NCBI GenBank assembly: GCA_964234715.1
Contig: OZ174285.1
DNA from: Podarcis melisellensis
Taxonomy: Eukaryota
Length of the DNA stretch: 64,000 nt
Strand: one strand, 5' to 3'
The translations under genes and the position numbers were made by a program. The notes below the pieces were generated by a model. It was given only the letters and a program-made list of their open reading frames with translations, made no database searches and was not told the origin of the DNA. Below are positions 12,601 through 26,158 of the stretch, piece after piece (the stretch's first letter is position 1; the number at the start of each line of letters is the position of its first letter).

Positions 12601-15032
12601 TTTGTCAACTTAAGTTACTTTTATTGAGACAGGATTTTAATTTACCTGTTCAGAAACTGATTACCTGTTAATTCTGTTGTTTATAGTGACTGTTACCTGC
12701 TGCAATTGTCTCCTGCATTCCAGTGATGTTTTAAGACACTGCAACTTTTGCTTTCAATCTGGCCTTGAGCATGGTTCCCAACAATGGAAAGGTGTGGTAT
12801 GGCTATTAGGTATTAGGGAAGTTTTTTACATCACTACTGCTGCAGAACTCCCGCCCATACTGACAAGCTTTTGTAATATTTGCTCATTTTCTCCTGCTTT
12901 ACTGTACAAATAATATTGGAAGGACACTTGCTTTCCATGTGTTGATGTGCGACGTGTTTTTATACAGAGATCTTTGGTATTTGGCATGACAGCTGACACT
13001 AAGAATGTGGTTGTGTGCATTCAGTTCTACATGTATTGCACATGCAGGTACAAAGTGTACAAAGTGTGTATGTGGCATATCTAATAGGTAGACAGGATGA
13101 AGTTTTGCATAACTATATATGACAGCAAAATAATGCACACATATACACACAGAGAAACACTTGTGAGCCCAGAGATGTGTATAAACAAAGAGAACTTCAT
13201 GTTGGCAGGTGACTGAGGAAGTGTTGAGGATGGGGGAGAAGACAGATTATTATTGATAACCTTGTTCTCACCTTGGCACTATTCACTACAGACAAATAGC
13301 ATTTTGTTACTCTCCTGTAGCCCATACAACTGAAAACAACTTTCTTGACTACGAGCTCTCTCCCAAAAGATTGAAAAGGAAGCGTCAGCCAGGACAAGAA
13401 ATGGGCTGGGATTTCACATGCCATCAACTGCTCCAGAAGCTTCCAGGACACACAACATACATATCTATCCATGAATCTAGGGCAGTCATGTTTTGGCTTT
13501 GAAAGGGATAGCAGTCACTGAAGTCCCCAAAAACTGTTGCATGGGCAGTCAGTTTTCTGTCACTGTCCATTTCCTTAGAGGAGAATCCCGGATAATGTAT
13601 CATTCCATGGAACACAGTGTGATAGCCAATGTTGTTAAGAATAGGAAGGTACCGGTAGTCAGCACCACTGGTCCACAGTTCTATCAAGAAGCACAGTAAC
13701 CTGTGAATGACCCAAGACTGTCAGACATGAGGATGTGGTTGAAAATGTCATGGAATTCCTTGTTTACATACTCTCAAGTGATGATGGTATTATCTCCTCT
13801 AAATACTGCAACTTGTCCATACTGTCCTAAGAAAAGCACAGATCTCTTAGGCCTTATAAGATATCAATACTGGTGAGAAAAGCAACAGAAACATTTCCCC
13901 TCATTTTATTTGCCACAAAAAATATACATGGAACAATTATGTTTCTCACACAGGTGATTATTTAAACTGGTTCATTGTGGAAAATGGGATCATTTTGGCT
14001 AGCCTTAGTCCCTCGCCACTACAATCCCTAAGCAACAGATGTTTCCTAATGCTTGCAGCGTGTAGTTACATTCAAACCCAATGACTGAAAGCTTTTTACG
14101 TCATACATGCGCATGCTTGCGTTTTGTGGGATTTGCCAAGCAGAACCACTTGCCTGTATTTGATTAGACAGTTCTGCATGGATCTGTATACACAGGATAT
14201 ATCATTCCGGCTGCATTAACCACCCCAGACACAAACTCTGGCACATATAACAAAAGACTATAAATAGCTTTTTCAAATCAGACCTGCAGCATAACAACTC
14301 TGGCTGTTTCTTTTAACTGTGATAGTTTTTCACAACCGGGGCTTGCAGTGTTTCTTTTGATGAAATGCACACTTAACCACTGTAATCACACAGATTAAAC
14401 CTCTTGAGTCATTTAGCACCCGTGCATTAAAACTCCACAGAGGGGCTTCCAAGATGGCACCAGCTAGCCCCACTCCATAGATGCAGACTTCTACAGTCAG
14501 TGTCATTCTGAAGCAGGGTCTGGGTGTGGGGTGTGCATATGGGTGCTATATGCGCAGGGCTCCCTTCACTGAGATAGAAACACTCACCCATTAACACAGT
14601 AGATTCATATAGTGGTGCCACAAATGGACAGTACCCAGAAAAGGCAGGTGAGGAGACCTACAGATTGGCTTTTCTGCAGCAACCTGATTATGGAACTCCC
14701 TTTCTAGTGAATCTCAAAATGTTTTAATTCGCCCAGGTATTGAGTACCTGAAGTTTTTAGAAGCCTTTGAGGTTGCTGGTTTGTGTTTTAGTTTGTGTAT
14801 TATTTAACTTAATGTTGTATGGCTGCCCTGGGCTCCTTCTGGAGGAAGGCTGGGATAAAAACCCAGTAAATATACAACAGTGGAGCCCTATATCCCCCTC
14901 ATTGGGTCACCTCTGGATTGGTGCCAGTGTCTAGTATGAAAGATCAGCCAGCATGTACTCAGAAGCCCCTTCACACATTAGTTACCAGAAGAGGCCTAAT
15001 GCAACTTGCAAATCAAATTGCATTTGTACACT

Positions 15033-15122
15033 GATGACCATCTGTCATGGATGATTTAGTTGAGTTTCCTGCATTCCACGGGGTTCAGCTAGATGATCCT
15101 TCCAATTCTATGATTCTATGAT
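15033..15122 (+). mobile_element. CR1 LINE 3' end
   Basis: cctgcatt...ggggtt...ctagatga...ccttccaattctatgattctatgat, with the (ATTCTRTG)n CR1 tail. Confidence 0.75.
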
Positions 15123-18100
15123 AAAACTTTTGCTTCATTGGTGCTCCAGAAATGTGCACAAATGTATTGCAAGTGAGATAGTGAAGATGACACAATACAC
15201 TACACTCCCCATAAACATAATGCTCAAGGCAGTCTTTGGATTTTGCTAGTTGTATACAGAGCTTCTGGGCCTAAAGAGAACTCAGGATTTTTGCATCCAA
15301 GTGGGTTATGATTTGAGATGCAAAATTTCTGGAAACTTTGTAGCTGTGGGAAAATGAACTTTTTTTGGGGGGGGGAATGAAAACATGAAATATTCCCTTT
15401 TTTTAAAGCACTCTTTACATATTGAAAGTCAATTTGTTACTTTGGTAACATAAAATGTATTATACATAACTCAGTTTACCATGTGATTCTCATGTCTGAT
15501 AAATTAGCAGTATAGCTTATTTAGACAATAATTACAAATTGAATTTGTTTTTTAAGTTTTTGTTAGAAATGTAGCTACAAGCTACTGCCAAACTGTAAGG
15601 AACCTAACATCTCTTTGGTTTTGCCTGTTTATGAGGAACAGGCAAAAACAGAAACCATCAACATCCAAACACAACCAAAACAAATTCTTATTTATCGGAA
15701 AATTATATCACCTCCAGTTCTCCACTGTGTCAAGCAGACATAAACCATCCATTTCCATATAAAAAGCTGAGAAAAGGGGGATGGAGGACAAAATGAATTG
15801 AGTATTACATGGAATTTAATCAGTCTCTTTTTCTAAGCTATCACTATCAGTTCCCTTTCTTCTTATTTGTTATTGTATTAATCAAGGGCTTCCAACAATT
15901 GAAGATTTGCCCAGACTGAAACATGTTTCTACTCTTTCAACATGTCAGTTTATTCCTTGATTTGGTGCATTTTCAAACATAGGCCAGCTTATTTTACATG
16001 CTGCAAAAAATGGAGGGATCTGAAGTAGGTAATAAACATGAAGACTCAGAGGCTGTGTTGAGCAAAGGCCTTGTCTCTTCGTTGTAGGAGGAATATTGCT
16101 TGGCAGAATCCCAGACTCCTTGACCAAACACCTGAAGATGTTCTGTGCTCTGCAATATTTCAAAGCATCTTTCCGACACCAAGCCCCAGGTGTACTGCTT
16201 GTTTTGTAATCCAGTCAAATGAGGAAACCATCAGCACTTAACATTCTGCCTTTAAATCTTGGATCCAAAGGATCTGTAGCAGCATGAATTGAGTTGCAAC
16301 AAAATTATTTTGCTCTGTACTTTCTGCCACTCCCAGTACTTTTGAGGCCTAGTCAGAAGGAAAGAAAATGATCCACTAACTATGCCAGCAAGGCCAAGTC
16401 CAAGGCAAATAAGGTACTGGATCTTTCTCCCCTCTGCTGTGACAATGGCTGTGCCCTTCAAGAGGCAGAAATGCACCTTCATTTTGCATTTGAGAGTTGA
16501 ACTCTCAAAGTACAACTCAGAACTTGCCTGTTCTTAGTATACTGGAATTGTAAGGATATAATACTGTACACAGTCTTACATAAGTCCTCCGGTTACACAG
16601 TTTTAGAATTCTTTTTTGGGGAGAGTACTAAATATATTACAAGCTGTTATGAAATATTTTATTTTAGAATTATGAACAAAATATTTAATAACTCTTTTTT
16701 CAGAAAAAAACCAAAGCAAAACAAAAGGCTTTTGGGGAGGGGATCAGTTTTCCCATGGATTTTCCCAGGCCTTCACATTTCTAGTTGTGTTGTAGGTATA
16801 CATTACTGATAATGCTTTAGAACAGAGGTTTCTGGAATTTCAAAATATGCATAAATATGGGTAGCTTAAGGTGGCAGCAAAGGGAACCTTTGCTAGAAAT
16901 ATATAACAGTTGTATAATCTGAAAATACTTTGTACTTGGGCAACCACCATGGTTTATCACTGCTGTTGAATAAAGGTGTTAACCTTTAACTTCCTTGGAA
17001 ACTACAACCTCTCTTTTGCCATGCGTGGCTCCTGGTCGCCAACATGAAGGAGCTTCTGCAGAACAGAGATGCAGTGAATACGGTATGCAGCGGTGAAGAT
17101 CAGGCTCCATGAGAACGGGGTCAGAAAGATTCCAGTCTGTCATGCAGAGGAATCCATGGCTGCCAAGAGCTCTCCATAGTGCTACTTCCTTTTATGGACA
17201 ATGAGTCAAAGCAGCAGCACCAAGGAGAGTCATTGAAGCACGCTCAGAGAGAGGGAGACAGCACACAAACTACGCTTCAGCACTATTCCTTGGCACAGCT
17301 TCAGTACTCTAGCTCAGCGATGACAGAGATGCATTTCAGCAGACTGAGAGGCAGAGGCTGCACAGCAGCAGGCAACTAATTTCGGTCACCTTATTCGCTG
17401 AAATTAAACTTGCAGTGGGGCGGCACCTGCTTTGTTTTAATGCTTTACCATTTCTTTCTGCAAGACCTTGGGAAACACAGAGAGTGTGGTGTAGCTAAAC
17501 AACGTTGCTACCTACAAAGGCCTGCCATTGTGTAGAAATGTTTGGCATTTTCTTGCAAGGGAAAAAAATAGTACATGACGCGCCCCCCCCCCCCGCAAAG
17601 CACAGAGAGCAGCGCAAGATCAAAGACCCTCATGCCACACTGAAATAAACAAACACACATGGATTGCATCTATAGGTCTGGGCTTCATATTGTATGTAGC
17701 ATATATTGCACAACCTAGACAACACCTTACTGCATATACAATTGCAAAATACTGCGCCCATCTAAGTACAACAGTCTTAAGAGAGGCCACACAATACTAC
17801 ATAACTATTGGTGTACTCTAGCAGGTTTTTTTTTTTTAAAAAAACCTACTATCCAGAAGCTAGAGAAGAGAGTGTGTGTTCTAAAGCCTGGCGCATGTGT
17901 TGAAAGGCTGGCATTTCTGAGCACATGCCATATAAAAAAACCATATGCACATGATTTATGCTCAGTCCGTACAGACACACTTAACATAAATGTATATAAC
18001 CTACACAAGCTGGAATAGGATTTTTCAAACCGGCACTTGAGGGGAAAAACAACAACACACACACACTTTATAAATGCAAATGTATTACAGTATCTACTTA

Positions 18101-18174
18101 TGGGCGCACACAAGCACCACTGGAAAGAATATTCCTGAAAGCACGAAGGCAGTTTGCCTTTCAGACTTGGGCTA

Positions 18175-19020
18175 TATCGCGCCGAGGAAGCGGACCGCCA
18201 GAATCCCGCGGCGTGTAACGAAGGGAGACAAACGTACACACAACCCAAATGTTTACAAGCGCGCGCGCGCCCGCAGATACACACACAGGCGGTGCGCTGC
18301 ACCTCGGTCGCCGGGCGCGCGCGCCTCCTCGGCCGCTAGACCTCCTCGCCTCGCGGGCACGGCTCTCGCCGGAGCCTCACCCAGCCCTTCGTTTCTCCCC
18401 GGCTCCGCTCACGGGGCTCTTCCGAGGTGCAAAGGGCGCGCCTTCTTGGCGTATCCGCATCCGCAGCCGCCCTCTCCTCAGCCCAGCCCACCCCGACCTT
18501 CCTCTCCTTGCCGCAGCGGCGGCGCCCCCTCGCTTGCTCGCTTACCTGCCTTCCAGGGTGCCGGGGCCTGAGGGGCCGCGTCCCGGCCGCCGGCGACGCT
18601 GCGACGGCGAGCGAGCCCGAGAGGAGAGGCCGGCCGCCCCGCCCCGCGCTCTTATTCCGCGGGCCCGGGGCGGGGATTGTGTGGCTGGCGAGGCGGAGGA
18701 GCCGCTCCAGCGCCTGCCTCCCCGTCCGCCTGTTCGCTGCTTCTGGCCCGCCCACCGCCGCCGCCGCCTCACTCGCTCGCCTTCCTGCCTTCCTTCCGTC
18801 CTTCCTGGAGAGACGGACTCCGGCCTGCAGGCGGCGCAGGGATTGGCGAGTCCTCGAACCTTCTCAGGCTCGCGGGGGCCTTGCATGGAGCCGCCCGGCG
18901 AGGCGGCCGTTTCGGGGTCCCTGCGCGCGCCTTTGCGCTCGAGCCACCAGATGGAGCAGGTGGCGACGTCCCCAAGGCGAAAGGGCAAGACTTGGGGCGC
19001 CTTAAAATAGGGGCGTGATC
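18175..19020. promoter_or_regulatory. MACIR: CpG island / probable MACIR promoter
   Basis: Very GC- and CpG-rich block with GC boxes, the only such island in the window, lying 5' of the MACIR CDS on the minus strand. Confidence 0.85.
18546..18800 (-). other. MACIR: Probable non-coding first exon of MACIR (5' end approximate)
   Basis: Strong donor GGCAG|GTAAGC at 18546/18545 inside the CpG island; TSS not determinable. Confidence 0.55.
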
Positions 19021-20136
19021 AGGATTTATTTAAAGGGGGGGAGCAGGACACCCGCCTGGTCCTCCTCCTCTGCATGGCTCTGTCTAACTGCAGATTCGGG
19101 ATGAAAGGGCTCCACCTTTAAATTACTTCCTTTGGACCCCAAGGACTCAGAAAAAAAGGCTGCCCCAAATCTTCAGTCATTCGAAAACGAGGAAGTTAAA
19201 TAACAACAACAACAACAACATCGGGGAGTTCCTTTCATGCGGTAAATGAGTCTTGCAAAACTACAAAGAACACACCTGTTTTCATCTTCTTTTTTAAAGT
19301 GCTAAAACAAGCTTTCTTGGGTTTGCTGAAAACCTTTTCTGCACTTCCTTCTCAATTTCCTCTTTTTTCCAATGCAGTTTTCTTGTGCATATTCAGTAAG
19401 CATAGCCCATTCCTACTTTTAAATATATATATTTTTATTTACTTGATGGTTGGGGGGCTCTGGCTAGACTCTGTACCTTAAAAGCCTAGCAGGTTGGCAG
19501 CATGAGCCTGGCCATGTTTTCCCGGAAGTAAACCACACTATTTCCGTGGTGCACGGACTCTCAGTGCAAGCATTTAGAATTGCAGCCTTATTGCAGTGTA
19601 ACTTTTTCATTTAGCCTGCGAAAAGTTAGGTAACAGTAAAGCCTCAGGTGCCAGAAAGATTCCCATCAGGTTCTTTTTTTATGTACCTTGGCTAACTGCT
19701 ATGCAGGGGCATTGCTAAGTACTTAATCAGGATTGGGAGCGGGGGTGATAATTTAGAGATGTGAATGCACATATGCAGCAGGGCCAGCACATCCGTGAGG
19801 CAGACTGAGGCAGCCGCCTCAGGCGGCAGAATCCCACAGGGCTCTTGCCCCCATGGGTGCCCCACTCGTCCCTATTGCAAGAGAAGTGGTGTTGGCTTCC
19901 GGTGAGATGTTGTAGAAGTCTAAGGTGATTTTGCAGGAAACGGCAGCTGTGCAACCCTAGTAAGTGAGGCTTCAGGACAGGGCGGCAGTGGCAGTTCCCA
20001 TTTTGCCTTGGGTATCAAAACAAGATGAGCCACCCCTGGCGCTGTACATTACAATAGACCCGGGGGCTCTATATGCTAAATTTATTGGGGTGGGAACAAT
20101 ACAGGAAGCTTTCTCAGACTATTGATTCATTTAGAT

Positions 20137-20387
20137 CAGGGGCCAGCAAACTTTTTTCAGCAGGAGGCCGGTCTACTATCCCTCAGTCCTTGTGGAGGAC
20201 CGGACTATATTTTGAAGGGAGGGAAAGAACAAATTCCTATGCCCCACAAATAACCCAGAGATGCATTTTAAATAAAAGGACACATTCTACTCATGTAAAA
20301 ACACACAGATTCCCGGACCGTCTGCGGACCGGATTTAGAAGGCGTTTGGGCTGGATTTGGCCCCGGGCCTTAGTTTGCCTACCCATG
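20137..20387. mobile_element. hAT-type MITE
   Basis: CAGGGGCCAGCAAACT ... AGTTTGCCTACCCATG imperfect TIRs. Confidence 0.65.
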
Positions 20388-20393
20388 ATCTTT

Positions 20394-20529
20394 CAGTGTT
20401 TCCCAACCTTGGGTCTCGAGCTGTTTTTGGACTACAACTCCCATCATCCCTAGCTAGCAAGACCAGTGGTCAGGGATCATGGGAACTGTAGCCCAAAAAC
20501 AGCTGGAGACCCAAGGTTGGGAAACACTG
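20394..20529. mobile_element. Palindromic hAT-type MITE
   Basis: CAGTGTTTCCCAACCTTGGGTCTC ... GAGACCCAAGGTTGGGAAACACTG; related decayed copies near 1600, 9910-10030 and 53245-53345. Confidence 0.8.
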
Positions 20530-21852
20530 ATCTAGAACAACATTTTTTACATAGACTGGCAGATGCTCTCCATGAGTCAGTACTACCTTGAAATGCAGGT
20601 GATGGAACCTGAGATCTTCTACATTCAAAGCAGATGTTATGGCCTTTACCACAAGGAGATCCAGGGGGCTGTTGCAAAGTAGCTGGGCCTTGGGTTACCT
20701 GCCCCCCCCCCCCCGCTAACAACTCTCTTGCTGATATGGCTGAACTCCGCAGGACGTTGTCTTCACAAAATAAAGGCATTCTGCCTCAAACATCTGGAAT
20801 TAAGGGAGTGGCTTTCAGAGGAGATGCACAGCTTTATTTATTACATCTGCAAACCACCTTTCTTTGAAGGACTTCAAGCCAATATGCAGGACTCCTCATT
20901 TTTATTCCCACAACAAACTTGTGAGGTCAGCTAGGCTGATAAGTAAAGACTGGTTCAAAGTCAGCCAGTGAGATTCAAGGGTGAGTGTGGACTTGAGTCG
21001 TGCTTCAGCACCCTTCAGGATATTAGTCATTCAACTTAAGACGGTTATGATATGGCAGTACCTCCTTTCCTATTATTTTTCCACTTTTGCTTTTGCAAGG
21101 GGCTCTTATGATACTGTCAGCAGGTGGTAACAGACAGGCCCTTCTAACTCACTTTTTTTCACCCACACTCAATTACATATCTGCATATTTGGTGGCAGTT
21201 ACGTGTGTGTGTGTGTGTGTATGTGTACTATTGCAGCCTATAGACAAAGTTAAGGAAGTGGTATATTTCAGCATTTCCCCTTTTTGCTTTATATTTAATT
21301 TTGTTTTTTTAAAACAACAGGAAAACACATTGCAATATCCAGTTGGTGCACCCTAATAGCCATTTGCTATTCCATGTGTGCTTAGATTTATGCCTACCAT
21401 CGCCTTTTTAAAGAGACGACTTATGCACCACCATTACCTCTTTAAGAATTATGATGTGTTCAGGTACTTTGTGCATTAGCATGCTAAGTCTAATTCACTC
21501 CTTAGCCCTGGCCTGATTTGAAGAAAAATAGGTCATGCTAAACTAAGAATAAGGATTAACATTAGGGAACTATGTTACCGTTTACACTATCATTATGCCT
21601 ATGGCAACTCTTGGCAATGAACAAGGACCTGCACATTTAAAAATATTGCTTTTCATTGCTGGGGTATTGAAAACTGGCAGCTATGAACCTTATAATTCCT
21701 GCAACTTATAGGAATTTAGAAATACTTGCAGTGCTGTATTGCAACCTTGTTTACCTAAAGAATCCTTAGCAAATTCATTCTGCTTTATTTAAAAAATTAG
21801 CTGATAGCAGAAAGCAGTTTTTAGAGGAGGAGCAGTTCTTGTTTGCAAAAAC

Positions 21853-21930
21853 ACTATTGTGGCATCTTAAAGACTTAACAAATTTATTATGGGGTTGGTT
21901 TTCGTGGACCAGACTTGTTCATCAGTTGCT
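21853..21930 (-). mobile_element. Decayed Penelope-like 3' fragment
   Basis: Minus strand: ctgatga...ccacgaaa...aataaatttgttaagtctttaagatgccac, similar to the 12.5 kb element. Confidence 0.55.
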
Positions 21931-23869
21931 TCAAGTGCAATCCTAAATTGGCAGGCACACACATGCACGCACGCTCTCATACTGAGAAATAATCTACCAT
22001 AGGGTTAATCTAGAAGAAAAAAAATAACAGAGCACCACTTCTTATTGCCTATCACTTCTAGGTGAAACCACTCAAATGTGTCATTAATGATCTACAGCCC
22101 ACACCGTACAATGCTGCTTACCTGTTGTGTGCCCTGGGGGGGTTGTTATTTCTAACAGAAAAGGCCCCCAACCTAAAATAGCTACTCTTCAGCATTAATG
22201 GGTCACATAGCAGGAAGACAGGGAGCAGGCCTTGCAACAAATCCAGATACAAACTTTGTTCCCATATCGACTCAGATGGAATTCCTGTATATGCAAGAGT
22301 TGTATTAGCAGGCAGAGATTTAACATGCTAGGGGATACTGAGCCAGGTGAATTTTTGCTTGTTACACATCTTACACAAAAGCCCCTGGATTTAATAATGC
22401 TATCAGTCAGGATAACCTGTTTTCCTGTTTACAATTGGGCAGTAATTTCCATTCCCCCCCCCCGACATAGCACCATCCTGAATTAGCAGACAAAGCTGTA
22501 TTTAGATATTAATATGTCCTGTGTAGGGTTAATTATCTAACCCACCCAGCCCCTTTTATGAGTCTTAGTGTTCTCTACTTGAAATGTGACTATGGAGATA
22601 CAAATGTGATGTAGTTTTATTTAGTAAATATTTCCATATGCAACACTCACCAGTGGGCGTCAGACCCTACTTTTCCTCCTGTTTTCATGCATGAAGTGTT
22701 CAGCTGTATAGCAGGCAGAAGTTCAACATGCTGGACATTGTACCTGCTGAATTTTTGCTTGTCACGTTGGTAATTCAGAGACTAAAAACATAAGCTACCT
22801 GCCTGTACACCTGACCAACTTTTTTTTTTTAACAGTGATATTGCATTGGGGTGATTGCTGCCTTTCCCAAGCGGCAGAATGGTCAGTCTGAAACCAACTC
22901 CTACCTTGTGGTAAAGGTAGAAAGTGTAACATAAAGAGTATTTTGGCCTCTGCAATATTGAAGAAGCATGACGACTACATTCCAGGGTTCAAAGGCTTCT
23001 CCAGTTACCCATTTATTCCATTTGCCACTGAATACATGAAGGGTTGTTTTCTAATATAAAAAAAATAGCGCTGAATGTGTGGGGCGTTATATGCTCATTA
23101 TGAGCAGTGAATTAAATAGGCATGGTTTTGATATGTGGATTCTGTCAAATGGAAAATTAAGATTTAGATTTTTGTTTAACAATTACAGCTCTACCTGTGC
23201 AAATCTGAGCAAGTCAAGAGAACAAACAGCATGAAACAGCTTACTTTTAAAAAATTGTTTAGCAGAAACCTAAAAAAAGATAGTGAACTCATTTTACCCT
23301 AGCATAGAAACTAAACAAAATCAGTGTGCACACTTTAAAGATCCATTGCCACAAAGGAAATAGGACAACACAAACACTATTATGCAATGCAGGGAGAATA
23401 TTAGAAAAGCTGTAAAACATATCTAAACCTTATAATACATATTAGTAATAATAACAATGAATGAAACCGCTGTGGGGACTGAACACCTTTGCCACTGGAT
23501 ATTGAGGCACAGTTTTCCAAGAAAGTTTTCACCTTTATTTTAACTAGCAATCTGCATTTTCCTTACCACCATATAATACAAACAATGCAAGTGAAGCATG
23601 GTGTAAGGTTGGCATAAAGCATTCATGGTTGTTGCAGTACTGCAGCAAGGTAGTGAATGAATGGTTGCTGTATGAAATGGTAGTAAATTAAAATGTACAT
23701 CTTTCTCTGAGAAAAGTTCCACTTGGTCTGTATACCATCTCACTGCTATTAGGAGCTACACAGTGGGGAGAAAAAAAGACCATATGCTACTTGATTTCAA
23801 TCAGCTGGTTAGGAAATTCAAATACTGAATTATTTTGACTAAAATATGCTACCAGAAATGTCATGCACA

Positions 23870-23872
<3 letters not shown>

Positions 23873-23916
<44 letters not shown>
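23873..23916. repeat. (TA)n microsatellite
   Basis: Direct observation. Confidence 0.95.
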
Positions 23917-23919
<3 letters not shown>

Positions 23920-24991
23920 TTAGACTTTTGTATTTCAAAATAGCCAGAGAACAATTTAGAGATATATGCAAGGCATAAAACATCTGGCAATAGAATGAAA
24001 AAGAGAAAGAAAAAAGAAAAAAGAGAGATCTTCAAACATATGCACTGAAGGCCTTAGCTTTCTCCAAATAATTTAGATGGAAAGTTTCCCAAAACTAAAA
24101 AGGCAGGAAAAACATGAACATGTTTTAGTGGGCGTGAAAGCAAGGAGGGAATGGGAGATGAGTGAGAAAAGGCTTCTTCCAGCACTTTGGGTCACTAGAA
24201 TTTTAAGCCTATAAGAAAAACATCTCAAAACCCACAGAACGAAAAAGTACAGGAGGTCGGTCAGAATCTGTCAACAAGAAGTGGTTCAGAATCATTAGAA
24301 GCATAGCCTGTATCACACAAAACATCTTTTCCAACATGAGGGGTTTTTTTTGGGGGGGGGGACCTCTTAATTATTTGTGCATGAGGAAACCACTTTGGTT
24401 AGTTTGTTACCATTATATGTGAACAAGGCAAAACAGACATATACATTAACTTCACATACATGCATTGACACATACACTTTACATGTACTGATGTTAGTGG
24501 AAAAAGTAATGTATTCTACATATCCCTTAGTAACCACATCAAGGGCTATTTCTAGAGTATTGCCTTTGTGGAGTACTGCTCAAATGCTACATCATACTGA
24601 CCATTTCTTTGAGTAAATGCTTTTTTGGCGGGGGGGACGGGGACATCTGGGCTCCTACTATCAGTATAACAGCTACAGATGAAATATAACCAGACATGTA
24701 AATTGCAGGTTTGTTTACCTATCACTACTTTTCTTTGTTAGTGTGCTTTTGCAGTTACACCCATGTGTGTAAATGAATGCAGTACAATTAAAATATATAC
24801 AGTACATATAACAATCACCTTTTTTTGCAGCAGTGGTTTGCCAATTGATTGCAAGCTTTAAGTACATTTTATGGGCCCTTTCTTACAAAAAAATAATAAA
24901 GAAAAAAAGAGTAAATCAGCATTGATCTTAGAATTAGTATTTTGGACACAAAACCATATCAGTGGAGCTTGCAAAAAGTCCTTGCTAGTAA

Positions 24992-25343
24992 TAAAGGTAA
25001 AGGGCCCCTGACCATTAGGTCCAGTCGCGGATGACTCTGGGGTTGCGGCGCTCATCTTGCTTTACTGGCCAACGGAGCTGGCGTACAGCTTCCTGGTCAT
25101 GTGGCCAGCATGACTAACCCGCTTCTGGTGAACCAGAGCAGTGCACGGAAACGCTGTTTACCTTCCCGCTGGAGCGGTACCTATTTATCTACTTGCACTT
25201 TGATGTGCTTTCGAACTGCTAGGTTGGCAGGAGCTGGGACCAAGCAATGGGAGCTCACCCTGTCGCGGGGATTTGAACCGCCAACCTTCTGATCGGCAAG
25301 CCCTAGGCTCTGTGGTTTGACCCACAGTGCCATCTGCATCCCT
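24992..25343 (-). mobile_element. Sauria SINE
   Basis: (AAAGGT) tail, ggtcatgtggccagcatgact, gtacctatttatctacttgca and cgaactgctaggttggcagga blocks, tRNA-like head. Confidence 0.92.
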
Positions 25344-25349
25344 ACCTGA

Positions 25350-25680
25350 TGAATTTTTCTTCAGCAGGGTGTTCCATAGACAAGGGGCCACCACTGAGAA
25401 GGTCATTTCTCAGCATCTGGCAGGGGCAACCAGAAGAGGGCTTCCCTCAAGGATCTCAAAGCATGGCCAGGAACATACAAGAAGATGTGATCCTTCAAAT
25501 ACTGAAGCCCCAAGCCATGAAGGACTTTAAATGCCAAAGCCAGTACTTTGAATTGGGCTAGGAAATTTACTGGAAGCTAGAGAAGATGAAGAGTACTGGC
25601 ATAATATGCTTGCATCAACATTCCCAGTCAGTAGTCTTTGCTGCCATATTCAGTACTTTTCCGGACATTTTCAAAGCTCA
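25350..25680 (-). mobile_element. Older L2 LINE fragment
   Basis: Diverged FSVVAPCLWN-coding segment similar to the 7.9-8.3 kb element. Confidence 0.6.
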
Positions 25681-26052
25681 GTGTGCAACACCTTATTGGG
25701 TGAAACTCAGTACTGTACAAGTGGAGTTCTTCTTCCTCACCTCCCTCTGGTAGTCTTCATGCCTCCTTTCAAATCTCCCAAGTTTTCCAAATCTCTGAAA
25801 TAGATTTTTTGGGGTTACAGACTAGGGTTGGGGTAAAGCGGGGGTGTGGAGAAGAAAATGAAGTCAAAGTGCATGTGGAAATCCATTCTGCTTACACATG
25901 GACACCACTGGATACAACCAATCATAGCAATCTAACAGGTGGTTACTGGGGCACAGAACACAAGGACTTTTCCAACTCACCTTTCTCATGCAAAATATTA
26001 ATGTGTCAGGCCTAAGTGTTTTCCAATATAAAGTGGTGCATGTCTACTGCAA

Positions 26053-26158
26053 TTTATTTTAAACGTAGTTTATTAGAACAGAAAAGTAAAGTGAGAGGTA
26101 AGAATTTATTATAGAATACACAGAACAGACACTATCTGTTGCTATTGACTCTTTTATT
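26053..26158 (-). terminator. PPIP5K2: Cluster of AATAAA signals, candidate PPIP5K2 3' end
   Basis: Minus-strand AATAAA at 26153-26158, 26069-26074 and 26053-26058. Confidence 0.4.

Noticed and set aside
18074-19018. Several long overlapping ORFs (113-253 aa) on both strands
   Set aside because: Low-complexity Arg/Pro/Ala/Gly translations expected from a stop-poor CpG island
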